From NCBI RefSeq assembly GCF_964213995.1, contig NC_135808.1, positions 32,364,001-32,428,000 of the forward strand: 64,000 nucleotides of DNA, read 5' to 3'. A program made the position numbers and the translations under genes. Shown here piece after piece: positions 1 to 12,109 of this stretch. Each line of letters begins with the position of its first letter. The stretch's first letter is position 1. Under the pieces are notes generated by a model. That model worked only from the letters and a program-made list of their open reading frames with translations, was not told the origin of the DNA and did no database searches. The DNA is from Mustelus asterias. Its lineage: Eukaryota.

Positions 1-1122
1 TAGCAACCAGTCTGTGCTTCATGCCCATGCTAGATGGTAGTGTTCTTTTTATAAAAGGCTTATTTACAGAAAGCAGCATTATATACTGACCTAGCCATTG
101 TCCCAGGAGTCTCCATTTGTAAGTGCTCTAGGTATGTAACTAAACAAAGGCATGCACTTATGTACTTGACAATATAATTCAAATATCATTGATATCACGT
201 GTACTGCTATTTTACCAGTCTATGTCTTTTTCTAAAAGTTTATTATTGTCTTACTCATACGACACATCAACTTTTCTGTCATCTTAAATCCATACCTCTG
301 GCCCCCAAGTCCAGGAATAAACACCAGCATTCGCAGTATTGAAAGCTGGGCAACATCATTGTATATCTCCCTTCAGCTTCAAAATCAGTCAATCCCCACA
401 GCTCCCTGTTTCCCATATTTTAGCCAGTTTTTAAAACATCTTGGTGATCATTCAGTGAAGCATGGCCAGCCATGGACTTCACACAACAGCAAACCCTGAG
501 TCTCCCTCAGCTGGAATGGGGATCAACTCCTGCGCTATTGTGTTAATCTGATTGACACACCAGCATCTTTTCAACTGAGCAAATAGCAACACCCCCCCCC
601 CCCTCCGCCCCCCCTGCAAACGCCCCCACACCCCCTCCAGATATCCCACTATGGTTCAATTTAGTCCATGGGCTTCAATCTCACTGACAAGCTTTTCACA
701 TGGTACATTCTCAAAAGTATTTTGCAAGTCCGTGCAGACGACATCAATTACATTGTCCTCAAGGAGCGGCACAGGCTTGGAGGGCCGAAGGGCCTGTTTC
801 CTGTGCTGTACTGTTCTTTGTTATTTGCTCATTCACCTCCTTTATGTTATTTTATCAAATAGGATCAATCAAATCAGAGAAACACCATTTTCCCGTCAAT
901 CCAGGTTGGCTCCCCATTCTTAAACGATACTTGTCTAATTTTCTCCCTAAAGGTTTCCTTGTCTTTGTTATCGAACTGATTGGAGTGTAATTGATGAGGG
1001 TGTAACGTTTGTAATCCTCAAATCCGCTGACACCATCCCGAGTATGACTGCTCATTTCCCCATTGATTAGATAACTGTGACTTTCTGGGAACAAGTGATT
1101 ATTGATGTTTGGTTACTGACAG

Positions 1123-1205
1123 GAGTTCACATTTTCCAATGGATCCTAATTGTCGAGATCACTGAAGATGGCTCCACGAAGAGTTTGATACGATTTGGGT
1201 TTGAT
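1123..1205 (+). pseudogene. Truncated, inverted MHC class I alpha2 exon fragment
   Basis: The acceptor tgacag at 1117-1122 is followed by (G)VHIFQWILIVEITEDGSTKSLIRFGFD, matching the alpha2 start of genes A-C (GIHTFQWIRSVEITEDGSIKRSMRFGFD). It breaks into (TA)n and lies on the opposite strand to the cluster. Confidence 0.85.
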
Positions 1206-1519
1206 ATATATTTATAGAGAAAAAATACCTATGTATTTGGTCAATGTTTCACTGTGATCCTGATAACTGCGGTTTGTAATCAATAGATAATTGTCAGTGT
1301 TTGACTTGCCTGAATTCTTCTTCACTGATTTCACAGGAAAGGTTGAATTCAATCACTCAGCAGCTTGTGACGATTGGAATGGGCAGTTGTTGAGGTTCAA
1401 TCCAATGTGAACTGGCTGAGTTCAGACCAAATGTCATCATTCACTGTTTTCCATCAGCATTGATTGACTTGTTAACACAAAAGAAGATGTCAGTGCGAGA
1501 GACAGAGGAGAGGAAGAAA

Positions 1520-1620
1520 CCAAAAGAGAAAATGCTAGAAAATCTCAGCAGGTCTGGCAGCATCTGTAAGGAGAAAAAAGAGCTGAAGTTTCGAGAGCAG
1601 ATCACCCTTTGTCAAAGCTG
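1520..1620 (-). mobile_element. Penelope-like element terminal fragment with a degenerate hammerhead motif
   Basis: Same family as 32565-32930 (aaaatctcagcaggtctg...cagcatctgt). The minus strand reads agctTTGACAAagggtgatctgctctcGAAAcTTcagct, with a mutated core. Confidence 0.6.
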
Positions 1621-2576
1621 GATCGACTGGCCCCGTGATGACTGTCTGCTGGGAGAGGTGCTCATTACAAAACTGAGGAATATGCTGGTGTCTCAACATG
1701 ACAAACTCCTTGTCTCTCTGCAGCTGAGCAGACAGGAGGGGAGAGAGTTGAAGACAAGTGTTTCTCAGCAGCTGTCCCTTTGTATAAAAGCCATTACTGA
1801 TACATTGACTGGTACAAAGCAGACCTGTCCCAATCCTTATAGCCACATGGAGGATGCTGCAAGATCCCATAACCAGAGGCCAATACAAAGACATGAGTTA
1901 TATAGAGCTGGGATGGCAGCAACACAAATAACCCCAATAGAAACACTCCTGCCAGCTCCAAGTACAGAAACAGTGCAGGCCCACGGGACAGCAGCTGGAT
2001 CCCGAATGGATGCAGCTTCTGGTTAACAGCAGCCCAGATACCAGCTGCTGGGCATGTCTCTGGCACGAGAGGGGACAGGACAGAGGGATGGGGAAGATGT
2101 AGGGGGCATTAGGGTGGCAGCTCCTGCAGAGTGAATGTCTTTATCTCTCCTCCCCCCCCACTTTCTGACAGAGACCTTCAGGCACAAAGGGGGAGGGGGG
2201 GATTTTTGATGCTTCATTTGGAGGAATTGTTATATTTAATGAGAATTCTGTTTCTAAATTATAAATTGTTTGTGTTCTGTTTGAGTTTGTTGTTGTATTT
2301 ATGTTTCAGCTCATTCCAAATCAATCAAATCATTTTATTCACAGGAACCATTTTAAGATGACGACAGTTTACAAAGTAGAAAAATAGCTCTTTCCACAAA
2401 TGTTATGAAATGTTTTAGACCAATTTGCTGAGGTTGACATTGTTCAGTAATAACTCTCCAAATCTATCAGCTCCCCCCCCAGCTGCTCTCTAGCCTCCCT
2501 GACAACGGCAGTCGGCCTTTCCTCAGCTTCTCCCTGAGACCTGGCTCCAGGGACATCCATGTTGGGATCCTCCATT

Positions 2577-2626
2577 TCATCCATTTCCGGAACAATCTGC
2601 TGTGTGGGGCGAGGTGTCAGAGCTTC
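2577..2626 (-). CDS. Gene A possible additional terminal cytoplasmic exon (SSDTSPHTADCSGNG*)
   Basis: Acceptor ctttccccacag and a Ser-rich tail like class I last exons. It requires use of the weak A|GTCAGT donor near 2984. Speculative. Confidence 0.3.
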
Positions 2627-2975
2627 CTGTGGGGAAAGCTGTGCAATGTGTAATCAAACCCCACAATCCCCGACACTGTGACAGGAGAGTCTGGGTAAGT
2701 GACCCCTGACCTGTGCAGACACTGGGAACAGGAGTTCAACAACCTGATTGTCCTCTTCAGTACTCGACGTGTTAAAGTGTTTCGTTTCTTCCATGATATC
2801 CTTTTAATGATTTTTAAAATCAGATCAAGATGTTAGAATCTTTTAAATCAAACCAGAGAACTTGACAAACATCAGACACATTGAAGATATAAAAAGTTAG
2901 ATTGAAAATCTTTCAGAAAGTGCTGAATGTCCATCGAATGTGAATGTATTTCATTCCCAACAATCTGTCCCTCAG

Positions 2976-3016
2976 TCACTGACTGGGAGCTGTTGTGTAC
3001 GTCCCACTTGGCGAAT
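2976..3016 (-). CDS. MHC class I gene A cytoplasmic exon (DSPSGTYTTAPSQ*)
   Basis: Strong acceptor ttttacttctgcag, phase 1 compatible with the TM exon, and the YxxA motif typical of class I tails. Identical peptide in genes B and C. Confidence 0.75.
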
Positions 3017-3422
3017 CTGCAGAAGTAAAATAAATGTCAGTTAGAATGGGGAATAATCCATTCTCAGAGAGTGAGAACACAACAAGTGTGAGGGAATGGA
3101 GATTGTGTGAGAAATACTCATTCTCACACTCCCCTCCATCCTTACACTTTATGGAGATCCTGTAGATCTCTTCCATTCCATCCATATTCAGTAGGTGAGG
3201 ATGTGAGTGTGTGCGGTGGCTTTAATGATCAATATTACACCTGGTCTGGGCTGATCACACAAAGGAAGATCAGACAGGCAACAAGATGTGTTTATACGTG
3301 TGTATCTGTGTGTGGGAATTAAATCAGTTCATTCAACACAGTGTCCTGTACTCCCAGTACTGGAGATTCCCCACACTCACTCTGTCCCCTCAGTTCTACA
3401 TTCCGCTCTCTCTGATTCTTAC

Positions 3423-3542
3423 CTCGCTGTTGGCTTTTCCAGATGACTATTCCGATTATCCCAAATATAACAGCCAGTGCTGGGATCGCTGCTCCGATTA
3501 TAATTCCAAGATGGTATTGTTCCCCACTGTTTCCCGGGATTT
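3423..3542 (-). CDS. MHC class I gene A connecting peptide/transmembrane exon
   Basis: tttcag acceptor and G|gtaag donor. Encodes EIPGNSGEQYHLGIIIGAAIPALAVIFGIIGIVIWKSQQR, a hydrophobic helix followed by basic residues. Confidence 0.9.
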
Positions 3543-4230
3543 CTGAAACACATTTGAATAATATGAGGATTGTCACTCTGTTCCCGGATCCATTCCCAGT
3601 TCTCTGTTCATTGGGGACAATTGGAACTGAAGCTGCCCATTGGGTATTGATGGGATTGGCTGAAACGCTGGTTTTACACTCGCCTCCATTTCACTCTCCA
3701 GTGAAATAATGAAAGATTCCCATTGATGGTGGTGTCAAAGCCGTGTTGTCCCAATCCCATGGGATACCTTCCCAGCCAGTTCAGTTCTAATTCTCCCCAA
3801 TGTCTGTGTGTCCTGTCCTTGTTCAATCCCCAGGGTTACATTGTACGGCCCAGGATGCAGCATCACTGATGGTTTTCACATCAAACTTCAAAGGGATGAG
3901 GAATAAACTGATCGCTGGAAACTGGGCTGAGCTGAGAATGAGGAAATCCACAGATAAACAGAGCAAATGCTTCAAAAGAAGCACTTGGTCCAATCCAGCA
4001 GCAGGACTTAGTCCGAAACAACAACACTGAGCCCAGAGTCTAGAGATTGAGGTCCAGACACTTAGACAAGTATCAGCTGATCAAAGAGAGACAGGATGGA
4101 TTGTGAAGGGAATCTCATGTCTGACTAATCTCAGTGAGTGTGATGAGGAGCACAATAACATGGTGGAGAAGGGAGTGTCTATGGACCTGCAGGGAACACG
4201 CACACACAGTACAGTTCAACAGTTCCTTAC

Positions 4231-4509
4231 CCCAGTGATGGAGCTTGGGCTCTGCCAGGCTGCTGTGTTCAATTTGACAGGAGTATTGATCCTCATCCCC
4301 AGCATTTATTTCAATCTCTTTCTGGATCTGATGGGTCTCATTGTGGTTCGGACGAACCCCCGAAGATAGTGTCTCAGACATTACCTCTCCATTCCTTAGC
4401 CAGATCACCTTGATGTCTGCAGGATAAAAGCCAGTAACCAGGCAGGAGAGAGTGAGCGACTTGTACTGACTATTGGGTTCACTTCTGGAGATGAAGACTT
4501 CAGGCTGAA
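4231..4509 (-). CDS. MHC class I gene A alpha3 (Ig C1-set) exon
   Basis: 279 nt, phase 1/1, AG/GT bounded. C1-set motifs LSCLVTGFYP, W, YSCQIEHSSL. Confidence 0.95.
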
Positions 4510-4626
4510 CTGTAATGGGAAAGGGTGAAAACACAAACAATAAACCCACACTGAATGGAATGGGAGAACGGTTTGATAGATCAGTGAAGTTAGATCAGAA
4601 CATGGGCTCAAAACTGAAATCAATAC

Positions 4627-4902
4627 CTTTCCGTCCAAAATATTCCTTTCCAACTTGTAAATATTTCCTTAAGAGCCCGACTAGTTCTTCTTCCAATTGC
4701 CATTTCCAGTGTTTGTTCCAGGATTGATCCAAAATCCATTTCTCTTTAGTTTTCACTGCCATGTGATTGGATGCGACCCATCTCATTCTGTCTGGCTCTA
4801 AACTAATATAGTCCTTTCCATCAAATCCAAACCGCATCGATCTCTTAATGGAGCCGTCTTCAGTGATCTCAACAGACCGAATCCATTGGAAAGTGTGAAT
4901 TC
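4627..4902 (-). CDS. MHC class I gene A alpha2 exon (no cysteines)
   Basis: 276 nt, the canonical alpha2 length. Motifs GIHTFQW, FGFDGKDYISL, TKEKW, KYL; AG/GT bounded. Confidence 0.95.
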
Positions 4903-4956
4903 CTATCAGAGACCAAACAGGGATCAATAATTCAGTCAGATAAAAGCAAAATATGC

Positions 4957-5150
4957 GGATGCGAGAATCTAAAACAAAAACAGATAATGCTGGAAAACCT
5001 CAGGTCTGACAGCATCTGTGGAGATAAAGATGAGAGCCAGGACGACCCATCGTTAGAGCCCACCTTCCTGACTCGAAACGGTGGCTCGAATCTCTTTGCA
5101 CAGATGCTGTCAAACTTGCTGAATTTTTCCATCATTTTGTGTTTTTGTAT
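4957..5150. mobile_element. Degenerate inverted-repeat element related to Penelope termini (intron 2 of gene A)
   Basis: The arms ctgacagcatctgtgga and cacagatgctgtca are reverse complements. Same family as 32565-32930. Confidence 0.55.
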
Positions 5151-5967
5151 CAATAATTCATAGTTAATTAGAAAAGAATTTTTACAATTGATAGAGGACA
5201 ATTTCAGCCTAATTCACTAGTAAAGGAGGTTGAGACGATACAGTGCAATGGTGGTTCTACATCTCACTGGATTTTCCACTAAATTGAAGCCAGCAGAGAT
5301 CAATTTAAGATCTGGATTTACAACACATTTCCACTCAGTTTGTTAGCTTCATGGTCTGATGTGTTATGTGACAATTACTGTTCTTTTTGGAAAGTAATCC
5401 TTCTTTTATTCATTTATGGGATGGGGGCCTTGCTGGCAGATGGTAGAGGTCGTGGATGTGGAAGGTGCTGCCTAAGGAACCTTGGTGAGTTCCTGCAGTG
5501 CATCTTGTAGATGGTCCACACGGGCGCCATATTCATTGTTGGTGGAGTGGGTAGCAATCAAACTGGCTGCTTTGTCCTGGATGTTGTCAAACCTTTTAAG
5601 TGTTGTTGGAGCTGCACCTATCCAGGCAAGCGGAAAGCATTACATCACTTGTAGGTGGTGGACGGACTTTGGCGGTTCGGGAGGCGAGTTACTCTTTTTA
5701 TCAACTTCCCTCAGCTTTTTCCACCATCGCGCGATATCTTTTATTTTTGAGCAGAGCGAGTGGAAAGACTCAGAAAGCGAGGATGTGGAAGGCCCCAGAA
5801 GTGGGAATAAAATGGGAAGTAGAAACCAGGTGACAGGGGTTTGAAGGGAAAGATGGAAGCAGCTGGGGCGAGCAAAACAGCATGAATATCATTCCAATGG
5901 GGAGCACCAACACCACTACCCCATTAACCTGGCCATCAGTGGGAGATTCCAGTTTGATTGGTCATAC

Positions 5968-6222
5968 CGGCTGTCTGGTTCATCCAGTTCCAGATCGGAC
6001 TCATCGTCTCCATCATTACATCGTAACGTTTCTTCCCCAGGGCACTGAGATAATCCCAGTCTTCCACACTGAGATAATCTGTAATGAATTGCTGTCTGGA
6101 AACCATCTGCAGGTTGTCAATGTTGTAATGGGATAACACTACTCCATTGAGCATTGCCACACCTACAAACTCAGGGTGACCGGGAATGCCGGAGATTCCT
6201 GTGTATAGCACAGTGAAGGAAT
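5968..6222 (-). CDS. MHC class I gene A alpha1 exon
   Basis: 255 nt with ttcacag acceptor and G|gtatga donor. Reads DSFTVLYTGISG..PEFVGVAMLNG..RQQF..W..NQT, retaining the N86 glycosylation sequon. Confidence 0.9.
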
Positions 6223-6339
6223 CTGTGAAATAAGCAAAGGAAGGATTGGTTAATAAACAATTAACATTTTCCAAATGGTACTCCTAACTCAGGTGAATCA
6301 GCACCACTCAGTAGCAATCTCCTGTCATCAGCCACTTTG

Positions 6340-6470
6340 GGGGGAATTTTGCCACCCTGCCCACCACGGGAATCGTAGCGGGCGGAGGGGGGTGGCGGAC
6401 CATGCAAAGGTCCGTTGACCTCGGGTAAGATTTTTCGGTTTTGGAGAATGTGGCTATAAAATTCCGCCCT
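6340..6470. mobile_element. MITE-like non-autonomous element (probably Harbinger-derived)
   Basis: TIR-like ends gggggaatttt...aaaattccgccc. Shares the internal aaaggtccgttgacctc with the copy at 7842-7962. Confidence 0.55.
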
Positions 6471-7841
6471 TTATTTTAACACCAGAATCCTTCCTGAAAT
6501 GATAAACTAGATTACTACCGCAGAGAGATACAAGAAGCAGCCTTTTGGATAAGCTCCTGTTTCCAGAAGGTGGAAGAGGACAGGCTGACCAGGAGAGCAT
6601 TGGGAAAGTGAATGTGGTGGTGCCATAAATCCTGGATGAGAATTTGGCAGGAGATGAGGAAGGGGTTGGAAGAAAGAAATTGAACTGAAAATTGGTCACG
6701 GTGATGGAGAGTTTGTAATGGAGGACTTTGGAGGTATAGTCACTGTCGGAAATGTGACAATGAATTTGTACACAGCAAGATCCCATAATGGCAGTGCTAC
6801 AATGACAGCATTCATTCCACACTGCACTGGAGGGCCAGTTTAAATATTGTGCTCAAGTCTCAAATTTGAACCCACAACTTCCTGACTCAGAAGGAAGCAT
6901 GCTACTAATTAACCCTGAACCCTGATACGGCAGGAGGCTGAGAGCTCAGCTCAGGGTCAGACAGGACATCCAAGTGTGAGTCAGCCTGAGACAGTGACCG
7001 GGGAGGAGGATGGAATCGGTGCAAAAGAACAGACTTTGTGCCAGTAGCCAAAGGCATTGGGTGGGATTTTCTGTGGTGAGTTTTGCAGTGGCGGAGGTGG
7101 TCCGCATTGGCCGGATCTTCCAGTCTCACTGCTGTCGACGGCGGCAGTGGTTGCCATTGGCGGGCCAGCAAGAACGGCCAGAACATCCCATCTCTCGACC
7201 TCAGATTTTCCAGGATTTAACTGATGAACATTGACATTCTGTATTGGATGAACTTCAATCAGTTGAGAGACCCTGGAGGAACTGGGAGCAGGCTGGTGAG
7301 ATAGATCTGAATGACGTTGATGTACATGTGGAAAGCTGTGCTTTTGGGCGGTGTCACTGAGGGGCAGCAGGTAGATGGAAAGTAAAAGGGCAGCAAGAAT
7401 GAATCAGTCAATCTTAGAATCATGCAATGCAGAAGAGGCCCTTCGGCCCATCAAGTCTGCACCAAATCCTTCGAGGCATCAGAGATGACAGTATGGGAGT
7501 GTGGGAGCAGGAAGAGAAGCCATTGCAAGTAATTATTTGGCTACAGTCAGATAGATAAAAAGGGAAGCAGATGAGAATAGTCCCATCCAGGCTCGACAAC
7601 ATTGGTGAAGGGTTGGGGGAAGATCGTGTGGTGAATCCTGTCAAAGACGGCAGACAGGTCATGAAGGGAGAGTTTACCTTTTACCACAATCACACAGGAT
7701 GTCATTTTGTGGCTTTGATTAGAATCTATTCAATATTGTGATAAATCCAACGGAAGAAATTCAAACATGGTTCTGGGAAAGGTGCAAATGGATTTGGGAG
7801 GTGACAACAGAGTCAAGGATTGGAGAGGAAAGGGAGGCCAG

Positions 7842-7962
7842 TGGCCGGAATTTCCCTGTCCCACCTGCCATGGGAATGAGAGCAGGCGAGGGACAGAAAG
7901 GTCCGTTGACCTCAGGTGGGATTTTACGGTTTTGGGACGAGTGAGGCCATAAAATCTGGCCC
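7842..7962. mobile_element. MITE-like element, second copy
   Basis: ggccggaattt...aaaatctggccc inverted ends, with internal similarity to 6340-6470. Confidence 0.55.
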
Positions 7963-8534
7963 AGTATGTTGAAAGAACGTAAGGGTGAATTTTCAGGTGG
8001 GGTTGGACAACAGCAGATATGAAATGGAGTGTTCAGTACCGGAGGATACAAAATCATTAACAGTATCAGCTAACATGGTTTACTAGGAATAGGCTCAAGG
8101 GAACAGAATCCAAAGGACATTAAATTGGAATGTTTCTGACAGACAGCCGATTTCACAGTTTACCATCAGATCTGACTTCACCTTGTCACGCACTGCCGGG
8201 CATTGCTCTTATCTGCTAAAACTGCTCACCATTCCAGTTCAAAGGGAATAAGGTTGAGGGAAAAGGACGTGGTCTCATGGACAAGATGAGCTCACAGAGG
8301 ACATGATGGGGGATAGGAGAGAAACTAGAGAAAGATGTGAGTTCAGGGCTAGGATGGAGCAGCTGAGGGAAGGAGGGAGGCATTTCTTCAAGGAGGTTTA
8401 ACCTGATGGGTTAGTGGAAGGCATTGGTACTGGAACAAGCTGGAAAAGTCTCAATCTGAGTGACAAGGAATCCATGAAATCCTTGGACATCAGGTGAAGG
8501 TGGAGGGGAGATAGTGAAAGAGATTTCAGAGAGA

Positions 8535-9117
8535 ATCATCGAATTCCTACAGTGCAGAAGTTTATTTATTTGTTAGTCACAAGTAGGCTTACATTAACAC
8601 TGCAATGAAGTTACTGTGAAAATCCCTGAGTCACCACACTCAGGTACACCGAGGGAGAATTTAGCACAGCCAGTGCACCTAACCTGCACGTCTCTCAGAC
8701 TGTGGGAGGAAACCTGCGCAGACACAGGGAGAATGTGCAGACTCCACACAGACAGTGACCCGAGCTGGGAATCGAACCGCGGGTCCCTGACGCTGTGAAG
8801 CAATGCTAACCACTGTGCAGCACAAGGAGGCCATCGAGTCGGTACCGACAACAATCCCACCCCAGTCCCTATCCCTGCAACCACACGTATTTACCCTGCT
8901 AATCTCCCTGATACTAAGAGGCAATTTAGCACGGCCAATGCACCTAAACAGAACGTCTTTCGGCCTGTGGACAGAAACCGGAGCACCCGGAGAAAACCCA
9001 CGCAGACGCGGGGAAACTTGCAGACTCCACACAGACAGTCACCCAAGGCCGGAATTGAACCCAGGTCCCTGTCGCTGAGAGGCAGCAGTGTTAACCACTG
9101 TGCCACCATACCGCCCC
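8535..9117 (-). mobile_element. Nested tRNA-derived SINEs (HE1-type)
   Basis: Pol III A/B-box head (ggtggcacagtggttaacactgct...gggttcaattcc) and a CR1-like tail. One SINE (~8560-8818) interrupts another. Confidence 0.85.
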
Positions 9118-9579
9118 AAGGTGGTTTGCAGCAGAAGCAGAGGGTTATCTTTGCATTCTGAGGATTGGTTAACAGAACCCCGGTTGTAAATGAGGAACCG
9201 GAGCAAACAGTGGTTACGGTAACTGAGAAAATAGCAGCGACACATGAGATTCTAGACAGTTTGCCTTTTGAATCCATCCTGCCTAATTCTTCAAATCCTG
9301 AAGAGCCTACCATAGAATGGAGGTGCTCTACCAGGGCCCAAAGTCCGAGATCGACTCAATGTTTTCCCTGATGTGTTTGCCTCTGTTAGTTATGTTCTTT
9401 TGTTTCCTCCATAGGTACATTCAGGAGTTGGGTTGGGGTGGGGGCGGGTGGGATGGTAGAGTTGTCCCCAAGTTCCAGAGACAGTCATGGAGACAGAGAG
9501 GAAGACATGGAGCACGAGGGACATGGAGAGTGAGATTAGAGGGGGAGAGCAAGAAGAGGGGGAGGGTGGCGTGGAAAGA

Positions 9580-12095
9580 GTGGGGGAGACGTGGAGAGAG
9601 AGTGAGTGGGGGAGACGTGGAGAGAGAGTGAGTGGGGGAGACGTGGAGAGAGAGTGAGTGGGGGAGACGTGGAGAGAGAGTGAGTGGGGGAGACGTGGAG
9701 AGAGAGTGAGTGGGGGAGACGTGGAGAGAGAGTGAGTGGGGGAGACGTGGAGAGAGAGTGAGTGGGGGAGACGTGGAGAGAGAGTGAGTGGGGGAGACGT
9801 GGAGAGAGAGTGAGTGGGGGAGACGTGGAGAGAGAGTGAGTGGGGGAGACGTGGAGAGAGAGTGAGTGGGGGAGACGTGGAGAGAGAGTGAGTGGGGGAG
9901 ACGTGGAGAGAGAGTGAGTGGGGGAGACGGTGGAGAGAGAGTGAGTGGGGAGATGTGGAGAGAGAGTGAGTGGGGGAGACGTGGAGAGAGAGTGAGTGGG
10001 GGAGACGTGGAGAGAGAGTGAGTGGGGGAGACGTGGAGAGAGAGTGAGTGGGGGAGACGTGGAGAGAGAGTGAGTGGGGGAGACGTGGAGAGAGAGTGAG
10101 TGGGGGAGACGTGGAGAGAGAGTGAGTGGGGGAGACGTGGAGAGAGAGTGAGTGGGGGAGACGTGGAGAGAGAGTGAGTGGGGGAGACGTGGAGAGAGAG
10201 TGAGTGGGGGAGACGTGGAGAGAGAGTGAGTGGGGGAGACGTGGAGAGAGAGTGAGTGGGGGAGACGTGGAGAGAGAGTGAGTGGGGGAGACGTGGAGAG
10301 AGAGTGAGTGGGGGAGACGTGGAGAGAGAGTGAGTGGGGGAGACGTGGAGAGAGAGTGAGTGGGGGAGACGTGGAGAGAGAGCGAGTGGGGGAGACGTGG
10401 AGAGAGAGCGAGTGGGGGAGACGTGGAGAGAGAGCGAGTGGGGAGACGTGGAGAGAGAGGCGAGTGGGGGAGACGTGGAGAGAGAGCGAGTGGGGGAGAC
10501 GTGGAGAGAGAGCGAGTGGGGGAGACGTGGAGAGAGAGCGAGTGGGGGAGACGTGGAGAGAGAGCGAGTGGGGGAGACGTGGAGAGAGAGCGAGTGGGAG
10601 ACGTGGAGAGAGAGCGAGTGGGGGAGACGTGGAGAGAGAGCGAGTGGGGGAGACGTGGAGAGAGAGCGAGTGGGGGAGACGTGGAGAGAGAGCGAGTGGG
10701 GGAGACGTGGAGAGAGAGCGAGTGGGGAGACGTGGAGAGAGAGCGAGTGGGGGAGAAGTGGAGAGAGAGCGAGTGGGGGAGACGTGGAGAGAGAGCGTGG
10801 GGGGAACGTGGAGAGAGAGCGAGTGGGGGAGAACGTGGAGAGAGAGCGAGTGGGGGAGACGTGGAGAGAGAGCGAGTGGGGGAGACGTGGAGAGAGAGCG
10901 AGTGGGGGAGACGTGGAGGAGAGAGTGAGTGGGGGAGACGTGGAGAGAGAGTGAGTGGGGGAGACGTGGAGAGAGTGAGTGGGGGAGACGTGGAGAGAGA
11001 GTGAGTGGGGGAGACGTGGAGAGAGAGTGAGTGGGGGAGACGTGGAGAGAGAGTGAGTGGGGGAGACGTGGAGAGAGAGTGGGGGGGAGACGTGGAGAGA
11101 GAGTGAGTGGGGGGAGACGTGGAGAGAGAGTGAGTGGGGGAGACGTGGAGAGAGAGTGAGTGGGGGAGACGTGGAGAGAGAGTGAGTGGGGAGACGTGGA
11201 GAGAGAGTGAGTGGGGGAGACGTGGAGAGAGGAGTGAGTGGGGGAGACGTGGAGAGAGAGTGAGTGGGGAGACGTGGAGAGAGAGTGAGTGGGGGAGACG
11301 TGGAGAGAGAGTGAGTGGGGGAGACGTGGAGAGAGAGTGAGTGGGGGAGACGTGGAGAGAGAGTGAGTGGGGGAGACGTGGAGAGAGAGTGAGTGGGGGA
11401 GACGTGGAGAGAGAGTGAGTGGGGGAGACGTGGAGAGAGAGTGAGTGGGGGAGACGTGGAGAGAGAGTGAGTGGGGGAGACGTGGAGAGAGAGTGAGTGG
11501 GGGAGACGTGGAGAGAGAGTGAGTGGGGAGACGTGGAGAGAGAGTGAGTGGGGGAGACGTGGAGAGAGAGTGAGTGGGGGAGACGTGGAGAGAGAGTGGG
11601 GGAGACGTGGAGAGAGAGTGGGGGAGACGTGGAGAGAGATGTGGGGAGACTGGAGAGAGAGTGGGGAGAATGGAGAGAGAGTGGGGGAGACATGGAGAGA
11701 GAGTGGGGGAGACATGGAGAGAGAGTGGGGGAGACATGGAGAGAGAGTGGGGGAGACATGGAGAGAGAGGTGGGGAGACATGGAGAGAGAGTGGGGGAGA
11801 CATGGAGAGAGAGTGGGGAGACATGGAGAGAGAGTGGGGGAGACATGGAGAGAGTGGGGAGACATGGAGAGAAGAGTGGGGGAGACATGGAGAGGAGTGG
11901 GGGAGACATGGAGAGAGAGTGGGGAGAACATGGAGACGAGAGTGGGGGAGACATGGAGAGAGAGTGGGGGAGACATGGAGAGAGAGTGGGGGAGACATGG
12001 AGAGAGAGTGGGGGAGACATGGAGAGAGATGGGGAGACATGGAGAGAGTGGGGGAGACATGGAGAGAGAGTGGGGGAGACATGGAGAGAGAGATG
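9580..12095 (+). repeat. 26-bp G/A-rich minisatellite (gggggagacgtggagagagagtgagt), degenerating to ~22-bp units
   Basis: Visible tandem array. It is the source of the spurious S/P/L/H-rich ORFs. Confidence 0.97.
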
Positions 12096-12109
12096 GCGAG
12101 TCATGGAGT

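Noticed and set aside
855-1094. Possible alpha1 remnant next to the inverted alpha2 fragment
   Set aside because: No recognisable alpha1 motifs, and on the wrong strand relative to the fragment.
3240-3290. Micro-exon between the TM and cytoplasmic exons
   Set aside because: An acceptor-like site is present, but the donor is poor and a 10-nt exon would shift the frame of the YxxA exon.
8535-9117. tRNA genes
   Set aside because: The A/B boxes belong to tRNA-derived SINE heads followed by SINE bodies.
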